Of a stretch of 26,181 bases of DNA, positions 16,483 to 24,996 are shown one piece after another. The notes under the pieces are model-generated. The model was not told the origin of the DNA. It worked only from the letters and a program-made list of their open reading frames with translations, and did not search any database. Every line of letters starts with the position of its first letter. Within the stretch, counting starts at the first letter, position 1. This stretch comes from a virus (Duplodnaviria; Caudoviricetes). A program made the translations under genes and the position numbers. The stretch spans positions 1 through 26,181 of IMG/VR virus record IMGVR_UViG_3300009686_000016; one strand, given 5' to 3'.

Positions 16483-17043
16483 CTATACTGACGCAGGATT
16501 CACGATTCCAACGCTGTCGGTTATCAAACCGTCATAGAATGGAAATGGGCAAATGTCTGCGGCTTCGATTTCAAGGGTTGTTCCCTTCTCCCCGGTTGGG
16601 TTGCCGCCAATATCAAGCGTTACCTTGGTGAGGGTTGCAAATTTTTCCGATCCGACAACGCGATACTTTCCCGAGTCACGCTCCTGGAAGATAAAAATCA
16701 GGTCTGAGTTCCCGGCCAATTTGGCAAGCGCTGTTGCATCTTCGTTGGTGAGCGATACTACAACCTTCAATTTGTTATTGTACGATTTGCAACGGATTTC
16801 TCCCTGCTGTTCGGAAGTTGGCTGTGACTTAACGTCGATACAGTTGATTTTCTTCCAGACTGCAAGAGCAGCCAGCGTGAAATTTCCGGCCAGCGTTACT
16901 TCAGCTGCTGTTGTAGCAGGAGCCGCAGCGAACTGTGGCCAGGTGACGATCTGTGATTTAGGAACAAAGTAAAGCTCCGGGTAAATACCGGGGACGGACA
17001 CTTGCCCGTCAACCCAGTCTAAGTTTGCGAAATTTACAGGCAT
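16483..17043 (-). CDS. Probable major tail (tube) protein
   Basis: 186 aa, beta-rich, co-transcribed with the capsid gene before a strong terminator (consistent with a high-copy virion protein); identity inferred. Confidence 0.6.
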   Translation of the reverse strand: MPVNFANLDWVDGQVSVPGIYPELYFVPKSQIVTWPQFAAAPATTAAEVTLAGNFTLAALAVWKKINCIDVKSQPTSEQQGEIRCKSYNNKLKVVVSLTNEDATALAKLAGNSDLIFIFQERDSGKYRVVGSEKFATLTKVTLDIGGNPTGEKGTTLEIEAADICPFPFYDGLITDSVGIVNPASV

Positions 17044-17051
17044 ATTATTGC

Positions 17052-18008
17052 TTATACAAATAATTTACCAACCAAAAGCTTTTCAGGGCTGATAGTTTCG
17101 TACTGGGTTCCGAAGAACATCGTAGTGATAAACTGAAGTTTGAACGGATTGTCACCCCTGCGGACTTCAATTTGCTCTTCTTCGCCAGTCTGGTTTACAC
17201 CAACCAACATATTTTCCTTCGTAGTCAACTGAAGGAACGGAGACGCTTTTTTCCCGATCAACGGAACAATCTCACAAAGGTTGCTTGTACCTTCAAGAAA
17301 GGTCTTATTAAACTCCTTGTTGTAAGGAGCAGCGCCAACCGTTGTCTGATAATCGTCGTTGTATGCATCGGAGATGCTACGTGGTACCATCAGTTTTGTA
17401 GGTACATCTTTCAGTTCGTCCGACGCAGCACGATAGTAAGCCTTCAGCATATCAAGCGCATTTGAGCTTGTAATCGCTGCTGTAAAATCGTACTCGTTTT
17501 TCTTTGCGACCGAAATGTTTCCGGCAACAATATCGGCAGCTGCAATCGTATCAAACCCATTAAAAAGGGTAGAGGTTGTTTTACCGGCAGCATTACGTAC
17601 AGCACCAAATATGGATTTATTCAATCCTTCGCTGATCTTCGAGATCATAAGCGTCAACACAGCTTTATTGATCGGAACTCCTTTTAACGCATCACCCTTC
17701 GTAATTGCAGATCCATAAAGGGTTGATAGCAATGCGTTCGGGTCGAACAGTTTGATAGACTGACCTAAAAATGTTTCAATATCACGTCCAGTGATCGCGA
17801 TATTATCATCGGCATCAGCAAGGGTGCCGGTATAAGGCATTAATTCTACAGGTCCACCCAATTGACCAACGGTCTCTTTGTAGCGGATCCCTGTTCGCAG
17901 GGTCATGTGCTGAAGCGTTGCTTCGAGCCCAATCACGGCCATGATCAGCAATTCCTTGCGAAACAGCTGAGCGGCTTTGTTTAATTCAACATGAGATACA
18001 GTAGGCAT
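17052..18008 (-). CDS. Major capsid protein
   Basis: 318 aa directly after the prohead protease; IFGAVRN...LFNGFDTI segment typical of HK97-fold capsids in this phage group. Confidence 0.85.
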   Translation of the reverse strand: MPTVSHVELNKAAQLFRKELLIMAVIGLEATLQHMTLRTGIRYKETVGQLGGPVELMPYTGTLADADDNIAITGRDIETFLGQSIKLFDPNALLSTLYGSAITKGDALKGVPINKAVLTLMISKISEGLNKSIFGAVRNAAGKTTSTLFNGFDTIAAADIVAGNISVAKKNEYDFTAAITSSNALDMLKAYYRAASDELKDVPTKLMVPRSISDAYNDDYQTTVGAAPYNKEFNKTFLEGTSNLCEIVPLIGKKASPFLQLTTKENMLVGVNQTGEEEQIEVRRGDNPFKLQFITTMFFGTQYETISPEKLLVGKLFV

Positions 18009-18025
18009 ATCAATAAAAATTTAAA

Positions 18026-19099
18026 TTATTTCACACATTTTTGAACTGCATCGTAAGTTGCACGTGCATTTGCGTAAGTGTCAAAACTTTCGGGAGCGGT
18101 TTTATTGCTATCGGTTTCTTTTGTCACTTTTTTGTCAACAGCACCAGGTGCTTTTTTGAGAATGGCAATCTGTTTTTCAAGATCGACAATCTTTTGGTCC
18201 TTTGCATCGGCCTGATCATCGTCAGCTCCTGCGTCATCATCATCGGTGCCGGCATCGTCTGCAGCAGCATCGTCTTCAGTGCCGGCATCATCTGCACCTG
18301 CATCTGTATCCTCTTCCTTCTTTTTTGCAATGAAGTCGAGAACCTCCTGTTCACTGGCATCATCAGCCAGCCCACAGGCTTTTCTAAGCACTTTAATGTC
18401 CATATCAATAGAATTTTGGGGTGTGAAAAAATCGTGCGCCTGGCTAAAGAACTTATCAAACATGCTCCGGCCTTTTACCAACGTGTCGAACTGATTCATG
18501 ATTTCGCTTAACGACATGTTGGTGACCTTATTCGAAACTTTATTTTCGCCTTTTTCAACAACGTCGATAAAACCTTCAGCCTTTGCTTCATCAGCATTCA
18601 ACCAATGATCTTTATAGTCGAAGTATTTGGCTTTGATATCATCGGCGGTTGCGGTGCCACGGCTGGTAATGCAGGCAATCAGGCTATCCTGAACTTTATC
18701 AAGCATATCGATCACCTGCTGAATATCGGAAGCGTTTCCCTGGCATCCACTCATCGGAGAGTGAAGCATGAGTAGAGCATTGTCTGCTGTGTGAACGGTT
18801 TTCCCGGCTAACAAAACCAAACCGGCCATGCTTGCACATAGTCCGTCGTTGTAAGTGTGAATTTCGGCTGTGGAGGATCTTAATGCGTTGAAGATCGGGA
18901 GACCATCAAATACGCTTCCACCTGGTGAATTGATCCGGACGTTGATCCTGGAATAATCCTTTTCAAGCGCTTTCAGATCAGCAATAAATTGCCGTGCCGT
19001 CACGCTCTCCTCATACCAGCTGTCGCCAATTATGCCGTAGATCATGATATCTACGGATTCACCAGCTTTGTTTTGTACGGAATAATATTTCTTTTGCAT
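18026..19099 (-). CDS. ClpP-type prohead protease with C-terminal scaffold-like region
   Basis: IMIYGIIG, RINSPGGSVFDG, DGLCASMA (catalytic Ser), LLMLHSP (His), WLNADEAKAEGFID; acidic linker follows. Confidence 0.93.
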   Translation of the reverse strand: MQKKYYSVQNKAGESVDIMIYGIIGDSWYEESVTARQFIADLKALEKDYSRINVRINSPGGSVFDGLPIFNALRSSTAEIHTYNDGLCASMAGLVLLAGKTVHTADNALLMLHSPMSGCQGNASDIQQVIDMLDKVQDSLIACITSRGTATADDIKAKYFDYKDHWLNADEAKAEGFIDVVEKGENKVSNKVTNMSLSEIMNQFDTLVKGRSMFDKFFSQAHDFFTPQNSIDMDIKVLRKACGLADDASEQEVLDFIAKKKEEDTDAGADDAGTEDDAAADDAGTDDDDAGADDDQADAKDQKIVDLEKQIAILKKAPGAVDKKVTKETDSNKTAPESFDTYANARATYDAVQKCVK

Positions 19100-19122
19100 C
19101 GTTGCAGTACTTTTTTGTACAA

Positions 19123-19159
19123 TACAACATTACAACGGGAATCAATCTTTATAAAGGAC
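19123..19159 (-). promoter_or_regulatory. Putative late promoter, copy 1 (GTCCTTT-N20-TAATGTTGTA)
   Basis: Precedes the protease-capsid operon; same heptamer and spacing to TA. Confidence 0.55.
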
Positions 19160-19164
19160 CCTGA

Positions 19165-19542
19165 TTATGACTTGGTACATCCGGTTGGCGATAACCAGGT
19201 GATTGCACAGTCGAATCCGTTAAACGATCCTGCTGCACCTGCCACCTGGGCATCAAATAACATTCGTGCCGGATTCTTATCATTTCCAACAAGTGAAATA
19301 GTACCATTTGCATCGGTTACACGGTATTGCGCTTTCCGGTTTAACAGCGATTTCATCAGCGTATTGTTTGCCGGTGACCAGTTTTCTTTTTTGAAGTCAA
19401 CAGCCACAGTAGCGATCAGTCCTGCAAATGGTTTTTTCCATTTTTCGGAGATACTTCCTGAATAAGGAATCACATCCAGATCGGTGAAAGGTAAGGTTCC
19501 AATCAGCCTATATTCAATTTTCACGACAACACCTAAGTTCAT
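19165..19542 (-). CDS. Hypothetical protein, possible distant paralog of 16483..17043
   Basis: 125 aa; YRVTDANGTISLVGNDK resembles FIFQERDSGKYRVVGSEK. Confidence 0.75.
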   Translation of the reverse strand: MNLGVVVKIEYRLIGTLPFTDLDVIPYSGSISEKWKKPFAGLIATVAVDFKKENWSPANNTLMKSLLNRKAQYRVTDANGTISLVGNDKNPARMLFDAQVAGAAGSFNGFDCAITWLSPTGCTKS

Positions 19543-19633
19543 GGCACTTATTTTTAACTGAATGTTTAATTAATTATTGTATCAAAACTGCAAAAATGAT
19601 TAAATCATTTTTTTTCTTCCTGTTAAAGTTTTA

Positions 19634-20161
19634 TTATTCAAATTCTTGACACTCCTTTAAAAGCTCATTAAACCGTCGTTCCTCTGTTTTTCGCCTGTGA
19701 CGGTAGTCGATTTTCTTGATGGCATCGAAATTCGCGGCATTATTCCGAACATTCAGCCCCCGAACGATTGCTTCTACAATGATCTTTTGAGAATAGCCCA
19801 TATCGTATCCTTTATCGAAACGCTGGGTAATCCATCGTCTGAATTCATATTCGATACCTTCAACGATCTTTTGCTCTCCCCAGGGATTCACATGCAGGAA
19901 GTGAAACTGCAGGTCGTGATGGTTGATCTTATCTACCGGCAAAATAAACGTAACCGGGTTGGAAATAAAAGACCGACGATCGGGAGCATCGCAACTGATC
20001 ACGTTCGAGTGAATTAGTTTAGCAATGTCGTAGTTTTTACGGAGCGCAATTTCTTTCACATTAGGATCGGTACCAAAAACCAAACGGCAATACGATTCGA
20101 GTAATGGATTCAACGTGATGACGATTTGAGGACGTGTATTCATAGGAGTATAGGGTTTCAT
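19634..20161 (-). CDS. Hypothetical protein, candidate late-transcription regulator
   Basis: 175 aa between the replication and structural modules; N-terminal strand-helix and basic helical C-terminus (FDAIKKIDYRHRRK); function inferred. Confidence 0.75.
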   Translation of the reverse strand: MKPYTPMNTRPQIVITLNPLLESYCRLVFGTDPNVKEIALRKNYDIAKLIHSNVISCDAPDRRSFISNPVTFILPVDKINHHDLQFHFLHVNPWGEQKIVEGIEYEFRRWITQRFDKGYDMGYSQKIIVEAIVRGLNVRNNAANFDAIKKIDYRHRRKTEERRFNELLKECQEFE

Positions 20162-20242
20162 GGGTTAATGAAACCCCCGCTGTGGTGGGAACATGCGAAG
20201 ATATAAATTTTTGCTTAAGTTACAATAAAATAATATTGCAAA

Positions 20243-20476
20243 TTAAGATGGTTTGAATTGAAAAATTTTACTAAAATCCTCTTTTGCAATGAAGAAAGTA
20301 ACGTTAGCATCATCGACAAAGTGGCCATATAAAATATCAAAATTATCAATCCTATCAATCATTATCTTTTCGTTTTCATTTTTTTCAGTAATAAAAATGG
20401 GATGTTTCTTTTTCAGGTAATAGACAACATTTGTTTTGATTTTAGGTGTTAATTTTTTGGATTTCATAGCAGGCAA
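20243..20476 (-). CDS. Hypothetical AT-rich protein (~74-77 aa)
   Basis: Open frame in AT-rich DNA, co-oriented; no recognisable motif. Confidence 0.45.
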   Translation of the reverse strand: MPAMKSKKLTPKIKTNVVYYLKKKHPIFITEKNENEKIMIDRIDNFDILYGHFVDDANVTFFIAKEDFSKIFQFKPS

Positions 20477-20597
20477 AAATTTTAACGTTATTAAAAATTG
20501 GATTATTTTGATAGCTCTTTCCGCAATTTAGGTGTTTTTGCCCTGTTTTAAGCAAAAAAAAATATTTTTCTGGACTGAGGACGTATTTTAGTGGATT

Positions 20598-20836
20598 CGC
20601 TTACTTCTGTTACTTCGCAGATGTTAATTAATTGACTGTTATTTTAATACAGGCGAAAAACGGCGAAGTAAGAAAATATCATTTGTTGTAAAATTTCAAA
20701 ATCGAAGTAAGGCGAAGTAAGCGAAGAAACGAAAAGTAAGCACTTACTTCGCTATTTTTGATATTTATTTTATTATATATCATTATTTTAAGTATTAGAT
20801 TATTATTAAAAAAAGTACCGAAGTAAGCGAAGTAAG
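20598..20836. repeat. Iteron-like CGAAGTAAG repeats flanking an AT-rich tract; putative replication origin
   Basis: Exact direct copies at 20664, 20703, 20713, 20819 and 20828; exact inverted copy at 20743-20751; near-copies at 20600, 20609, 20722 and 20732; AT-rich tract ~20753-20815. Confidence 0.8.
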
Positions 20837-20940
20837 TAAATGTTTACAATGTCTAAAAAATTAATACGTTTTTATCAATTGCTCAAATTTGCTTTTAACT
20901 GGTTTTTTCTATCGGGGGGTGCGGGGGGTTTACCAAAAAA

Positions 20941-23900
20941 TCAAAACGGTAAATCAACTTTAACCGCATCACCAGGAAAATTAATTACACCTTCGGAGGC
21001 ATCCTTCATTACACCTCCGGCAGGATCTGTTGCTCCAAGCATCAATCCTGTCTTTGCGACATAGAAGATCAGCGCCGTAGTACTTGTCCGTTTCTTTGCT
21101 CCGGAATCATCACTCTCCTGGGCGCCTGTTTTGGGATCTATTTTCTTGAACGATTCCTTCTTTGTCTCGCAAACGAAAGCTGCTGAATTGCGCAGGTAAT
21201 ACTCGATGGTCGATTCAGGCAATGGCTTATCACCTTCACGCAGACACTGAGTTTTATAAAGACTGAATACCCTGCTTGTGGTTAGATATAGCAATTCATA
21301 GGCACCACCCTCCAGGTGTTTAGTTTCTTTCCTCCAGATTCCATTCTCAAAATATCGTCGTGTTATCTTGTCTTCATACACTACCTTATAATCACCATCC
21401 TCATATAATACATTGGATGATATCAGATATTGAATCACTTTCCAGAAATTGCCAAGGTCATCATTCTTCTTGGTTTCTTTATTCTGAGCAATCATCAGCC
21501 TTACTGCCAGCTTAATCGTTTCGTGCTCATCCCATGGCAATTCAAGATGTTCGTTCAGCGTAGCATAAGCTGCCATTGGTTTCATCCAGTTATTGAAAAT
21601 CCTGGTCTCAACGATCTCATTACCCATCAGGGCGCGCATATCTTCGGTTATCTTCTTTGATTTTGTGAGGTAATTGTCCTTAAATGCTCCCCTAAGCCTT
21701 AACACCTGGTGAGTAATATGGGTCAATCCACGTTTTTCAATCTCTTTTAGTTTATCGAATTCAATAATTTCCTCTTCGCTGAATTCCGTTTGCGTAAACG
21801 ACAGGAATATAAAACGACTGAAAAGCGCTATGTCGGCAGTGGCCATCTGCTGGCCGGTAAGTACAACTGCCTGATCAACTGATGTGGTTTCTTTCTTCTT
21901 GTCCTTTTCCATATTCATCCTGGTACGCCCAGTCCCGTCCCACATTCCCTTTAAGAACTCACGTTTCTCCATCTCGATGTCATTGCGGTATTCATCGATA
22001 TGAGCAATGGCATTACAACTACTTGCAACATGATCGCCCAGGGCAGCCTTACTGGTATTGTGAACATTTGGAGCCTTGGCCAGCCTTCCAAAAAACTGCA
22101 CAATGCTTTCGGCACAGGCTGTTTTACCGGCACCTTTTGGACCAAACATATTCAGGATTGGAAAATTGCCGGTTCCACCAACGATGATATCCCGAAATAA
22201 CGATGCAAAGTAGAAGCACAGCGCGATCTTAGCATTGTCGCCAAATACCTTTACAAATTTGGCTGCATATTCTTTCAGTGTAACGTTTCCTTCGATGTGA
22301 ATAAACTTACGTTCAAATTGATACAGATTATCTTCATTGTTATAAATGCTCGAAAATGCAGGTATATAGTAGTTCCGTTTGTTGTGTTTCACAATTCCGT
22401 AACTATCAACCCCCACAAATTCATCATTGAAAATACCGTTTCCCCATGCCCAGAAACCTTCTTTTTGCCACCCGAGCTGTGTAATCTCCTTACAGGATTC
22501 TGTTTTCTCAAACAAGCACCTTTTCAAACGATTAAGGTCAGTCTCAGAGCCATCAAACCAGCATTTTGGTAAACTCTCAACATGCAGCTTAAAGGCAGCC
22601 AGGCCGATCATATCCTTTTGAGGAATCTCAACTACACGTGTCATTCCTGAGTTGTTGGTTACCTCATATAGCCTCTTGGCATTTATTGTGCTCTCGATGT
22701 GGAAAATTGGTGACAGTGAAAAATTACTGCGCTGAACAAAATCCTCCTTGTTCTTGAAGAAATAACAATTGTTTTCAACGTAGAATCCCTGTTCAGCAAG
22801 GTCAGCAGCTGATATTCCTTCAGGGATGTAGCGTTTTTTCTCAACCGGAGCCTTATCGGATGCAATGTTCTTCAGATAATCCTGCCATGCTTTCTTTGGC
22901 TTGATGATGGCAGAAACAAAGTCGAGGTAAACTTCATGAACGCTTGGCTCATCGTAACGCATAATAAGTGAGGCAACATCCTTCATAAACTCAGATTTAA
23001 AGGCGGGGTTTTTGCATTTGTCAATCCCGTTTTTAGTCTTATAAATGATGTAGTCGGTCTGGTTTTTCTCTTTGAATTCGTCAAATTTCACCAGTGAAGT
23101 AAAAAGTGTATCAGGATCTTCACCTTTGGGGATCTCCATCACCATCACATTGCATTGCTCTCTAACAAGCAGATCTCCATTTCTGTCGATTGCCTTATGC
23201 CCGGCATCGTCGCCATCGTAGATAATCGTCACATTTTTAGTGTAGTTTTTAAGTAACCTGATCTGATCGACAGTGAGCGCTGTTCCACAAGGCGCCACAA
23301 CGTTGAATACTCCAATCGAATGCAGGCGCTTCACATCGAAGTTCCCTTCAACCATATACAACCGGCTTTCTACCCTGATTGGTTGTCTGGCTACATTCAG
23401 CGCATATAACTCATTCCCTTTGCAGAATATCTCCGTATCGAGCGAATTCATATACTTGGCCACTCCTTTTTTATCAACGATCGCACGACCGGTAAACCCG
23501 ATCACCTTACCCGTCTTTTCGCAGATAGGGAACATGATCCGGTCTCTGAAAAAGTCATAGTCCTGGTTGCGTTCGGTACTGTGGTCAATCAGCCCGGCCT
23601 CCTTCATAAGTGAAAGATTGATATTGTTTTCCTTTGCCCACTTCAGCAATACATTTCCTGCAGGAGCATACCCGATCATCAACAGATCATCCTCCGGAAC
23701 TTCATCAATCTTAAATTGGCGGCTGGCGATATAATCTGATGCTGTTTTGCTATCGCGTAAACATTGCTGGTAATAGGTGGCCACCTTCCCGCAAAGGATC
23801 CGAAGCGATTCCTTATGCTGATATTCAACTACATTAAAATCTTTCTTCTCTTCGTTCCAATCAACCTGTAGGTTTAGTTTCCGGGCACCTATCTTTAGCG

Positions 23901-24138
23901 CTTCCATGAATTCAACATGGTCATGCTTCATAATAAAGGCAATGGCATCACCACCCTCACCACAACCGAAACACTTGAATACACCCTTCGACTCCGAAAC
24001 CTTAAATGATGCTGTTTTTTCGTTGTGAAATGGGCAGCAACCTTCGTGAGTGCGGCCATGTGATTTTAGTTCAACATAGTGACTTACCACTTCAACGATA
24101 TTCTCTTTTAACCTGTCTATTGCTTCTTTAATAATCAT
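20941..24138 (-). CDS. DNA primase (DnaG-type: CHC2 zinc finger plus TOPRIM) fused to a C-terminal P-loop helicase-like domain
   Basis: CPFHNEKTASF...FKCFGCG; FRDRIMFPI; KYMNS; VEGNFDV; YDGDDAG; EDPD; later GPKGAGKT (Walker A), HIDEY (Walker B) and LFSRFI (Arg finger-like). Confidence 0.93.
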   Translation of the reverse strand: MIIKEAIDRLKENIVEVVSHYVELKSHGRTHEGCCPFHNEKTASFKVSESKGVFKCFGCGEGGDAIAFIMKHDHVEFMEALKIGARKLNLQVDWNEEKKDFNVVEYQHKESLRILCGKVATYYQQCLRDSKTASDYIASRQFKIDEVPEDDLLMIGYAPAGNVLLKWAKENNINLSLMKEAGLIDHSTERNQDYDFFRDRIMFPICEKTGKVIGFTGRAIVDKKGVAKYMNSLDTEIFCKGNELYALNVARQPIRVESRLYMVEGNFDVKRLHSIGVFNVVAPCGTALTVDQIRLLKNYTKNVTIIYDGDDAGHKAIDRNGDLLVREQCNVMVMEIPKGEDPDTLFTSLVKFDEFKEKNQTDYIIYKTKNGIDKCKNPAFKSEFMKDVASLIMRYDEPSVHEVYLDFVSAIIKPKKAWQDYLKNIASDKAPVEKKRYIPEGISAADLAEQGFYVENNCYFFKNKEDFVQRSNFSLSPIFHIESTINAKRLYEVTNNSGMTRVVEIPQKDMIGLAAFKLHVESLPKCWFDGSETDLNRLKRCLFEKTESCKEITQLGWQKEGFWAWGNGIFNDEFVGVDSYGIVKHNKRNYYIPAFSSIYNNEDNLYQFERKFIHIEGNVTLKEYAAKFVKVFGDNAKIALCFYFASLFRDIIVGGTGNFPILNMFGPKGAGKTACAESIVQFFGRLAKAPNVHNTSKAALGDHVASSCNAIAHIDEYRNDIEMEKREFLKGMWDGTGRTRMNMEKDKKKETTSVDQAVVLTGQQMATADIALFSRFIFLSFTQTEFSEEEIIEFDKLKEIEKRGLTHITHQVLRLRGAFKDNYLTKSKKITEDMRALMGNEIVETRIFNNWMKPMAAYATLNEHLELPWDEHETIKLAVRLMIAQNKETKKNDDLGNFWKVIQYLISSNVLYEDGDYKVVYEDKITRRYFENGIWRKETKHLEGGAYELLYLTTSRVFSLYKTQCLREGDKPLPESTIEYYLRNSAAFVCETKKESFKKIDPKTGAQESDDSGAKKRTSTTALIFYVAKTGLMLGATDPAGGVMKDASEGVINFPGDAVKVDLPF

Positions 24139-24142
24139 AATT

Positions 24143-24478
24143 TCAAATAGTTTCGCGGATTAGTATTAGTCGTGCCCAGTTGTCATTAAATCCGGAATCG
24201 GATGCCTTCAGAACCATTCTGAGCAATTGTGGTGCAACTCCGTAACATTCCAGCAGTTTAACTTCTACCCAAACGGGCATCTCATCCCAGTCGAACGTCC
24301 AGAAGTGTTCTGTGACAATACCAGTAGTTACCTGGTTTGTTTTTGGATTCTTACATCGTAAAGGCTGGCCGACATTAAGCTTTATTCCTGGCACTGGTTG
24401 GATGATGCAGAAATATGGGGACCGGCTCCGGCCCTGATTAATAGTGATTACTTCTTCTTCTGTTAATGTATCGTTCAT
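24143..24478 (-). CDS. Hypothetical protein (111 aa)
   Basis: Tightly packed, co-oriented ORF ending 4 nt before the primase start. Confidence 0.75.
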   Translation of the reverse strand: MNDTLTEEEVITINQGRSRSPYFCIIQPVPGIKLNVGQPLRCKNPKTNQVTTGIVTEHFWTFDWDEMPVWVEVKLLECYGVAPQLLRMVLKASDSGFNDNWARLILIRETI

Positions 24479-24488
24479 AGGAGGTTTT

Positions 24489-24698
24489 TTAGATAAAGGG
24501 ATTAAACAACTGGACTTCAGTTTCAGGATCTATCATCCATTGGTGGCAATTCGTATCGACAATCAGCATTTTACCGATATGTTCTTTTGGCTGCCTTCCA
24601 CCCAAATCGGGAATAACGGTACTGCTGGCTACAGTTCTGAATTTTCGTTGCCCTTTTTGTTTAAATCCATCCCCTTCGGTTAATTTGTTTGCTTTCAT
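24489..24698 (-). CDS. Hypothetical protein (69 aa)
   Basis: ATGA overlap with the upstream ORF. Confidence 0.7.
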   Translation of the reverse strand: MKANKLTEGDGFKQKGQRKFRTVASSTVIPDLGGRQPKEHIGKMLIVDTNCHQWMIDPETEVQLFNPFI

Positions 24699-24991
24699 TT
24701 GGCTTGTTTATCAAGTATTTCGTAGATAACTATTTGTCTATGTTGAAGACAATCGATCTTATAATGGTCAGCGATATCGTTTATTTCATTGCGTGTCATA
24801 TTGTGAAGTTTAATGATATCGTATTGCTTGTGAATCGTTTTGCTGATCTTATCCAATTGGCTGACAGCTTGTTTTAATTCAGGCATCCAAAGTTTGACTT
24901 TGTAGGGTGCATTCTGCTTTGGCTCAATGTGAAATTCCATCATTTCAAGCGCTTCACGGATATCGAATAAAGCTTTTTTTAACTCTTCCAT
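24695..24991 (-). CDS. Hypothetical protein (98 aa)
   Basis: Tightly packed, co-oriented ORF. Confidence 0.7.
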   Translation of the reverse strand: MEELKKALFDIREALEMMEFHIEPKQNAPYKVKLWMPELKQAVSQLDKISKTIHKQYDIIKLHNMTRNEINDIADHYKIDCLQHRQIVIYEILDKQAK

Positions 24992-24996
24992 TTGGT

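Noticed and set aside
20598-20836. Possible CRISPR array
   Set aside because: Repeats are only 9 nt, irregularly spaced and in both orientations, with no spacer structure and no cas genes
20941-24138. Host chromosomal dnaG marking the prophage boundary
   Set aside because: The protein is much longer than a cellular DnaG, is fused to a P-loop domain and is flanked on both sides by phage-type genes
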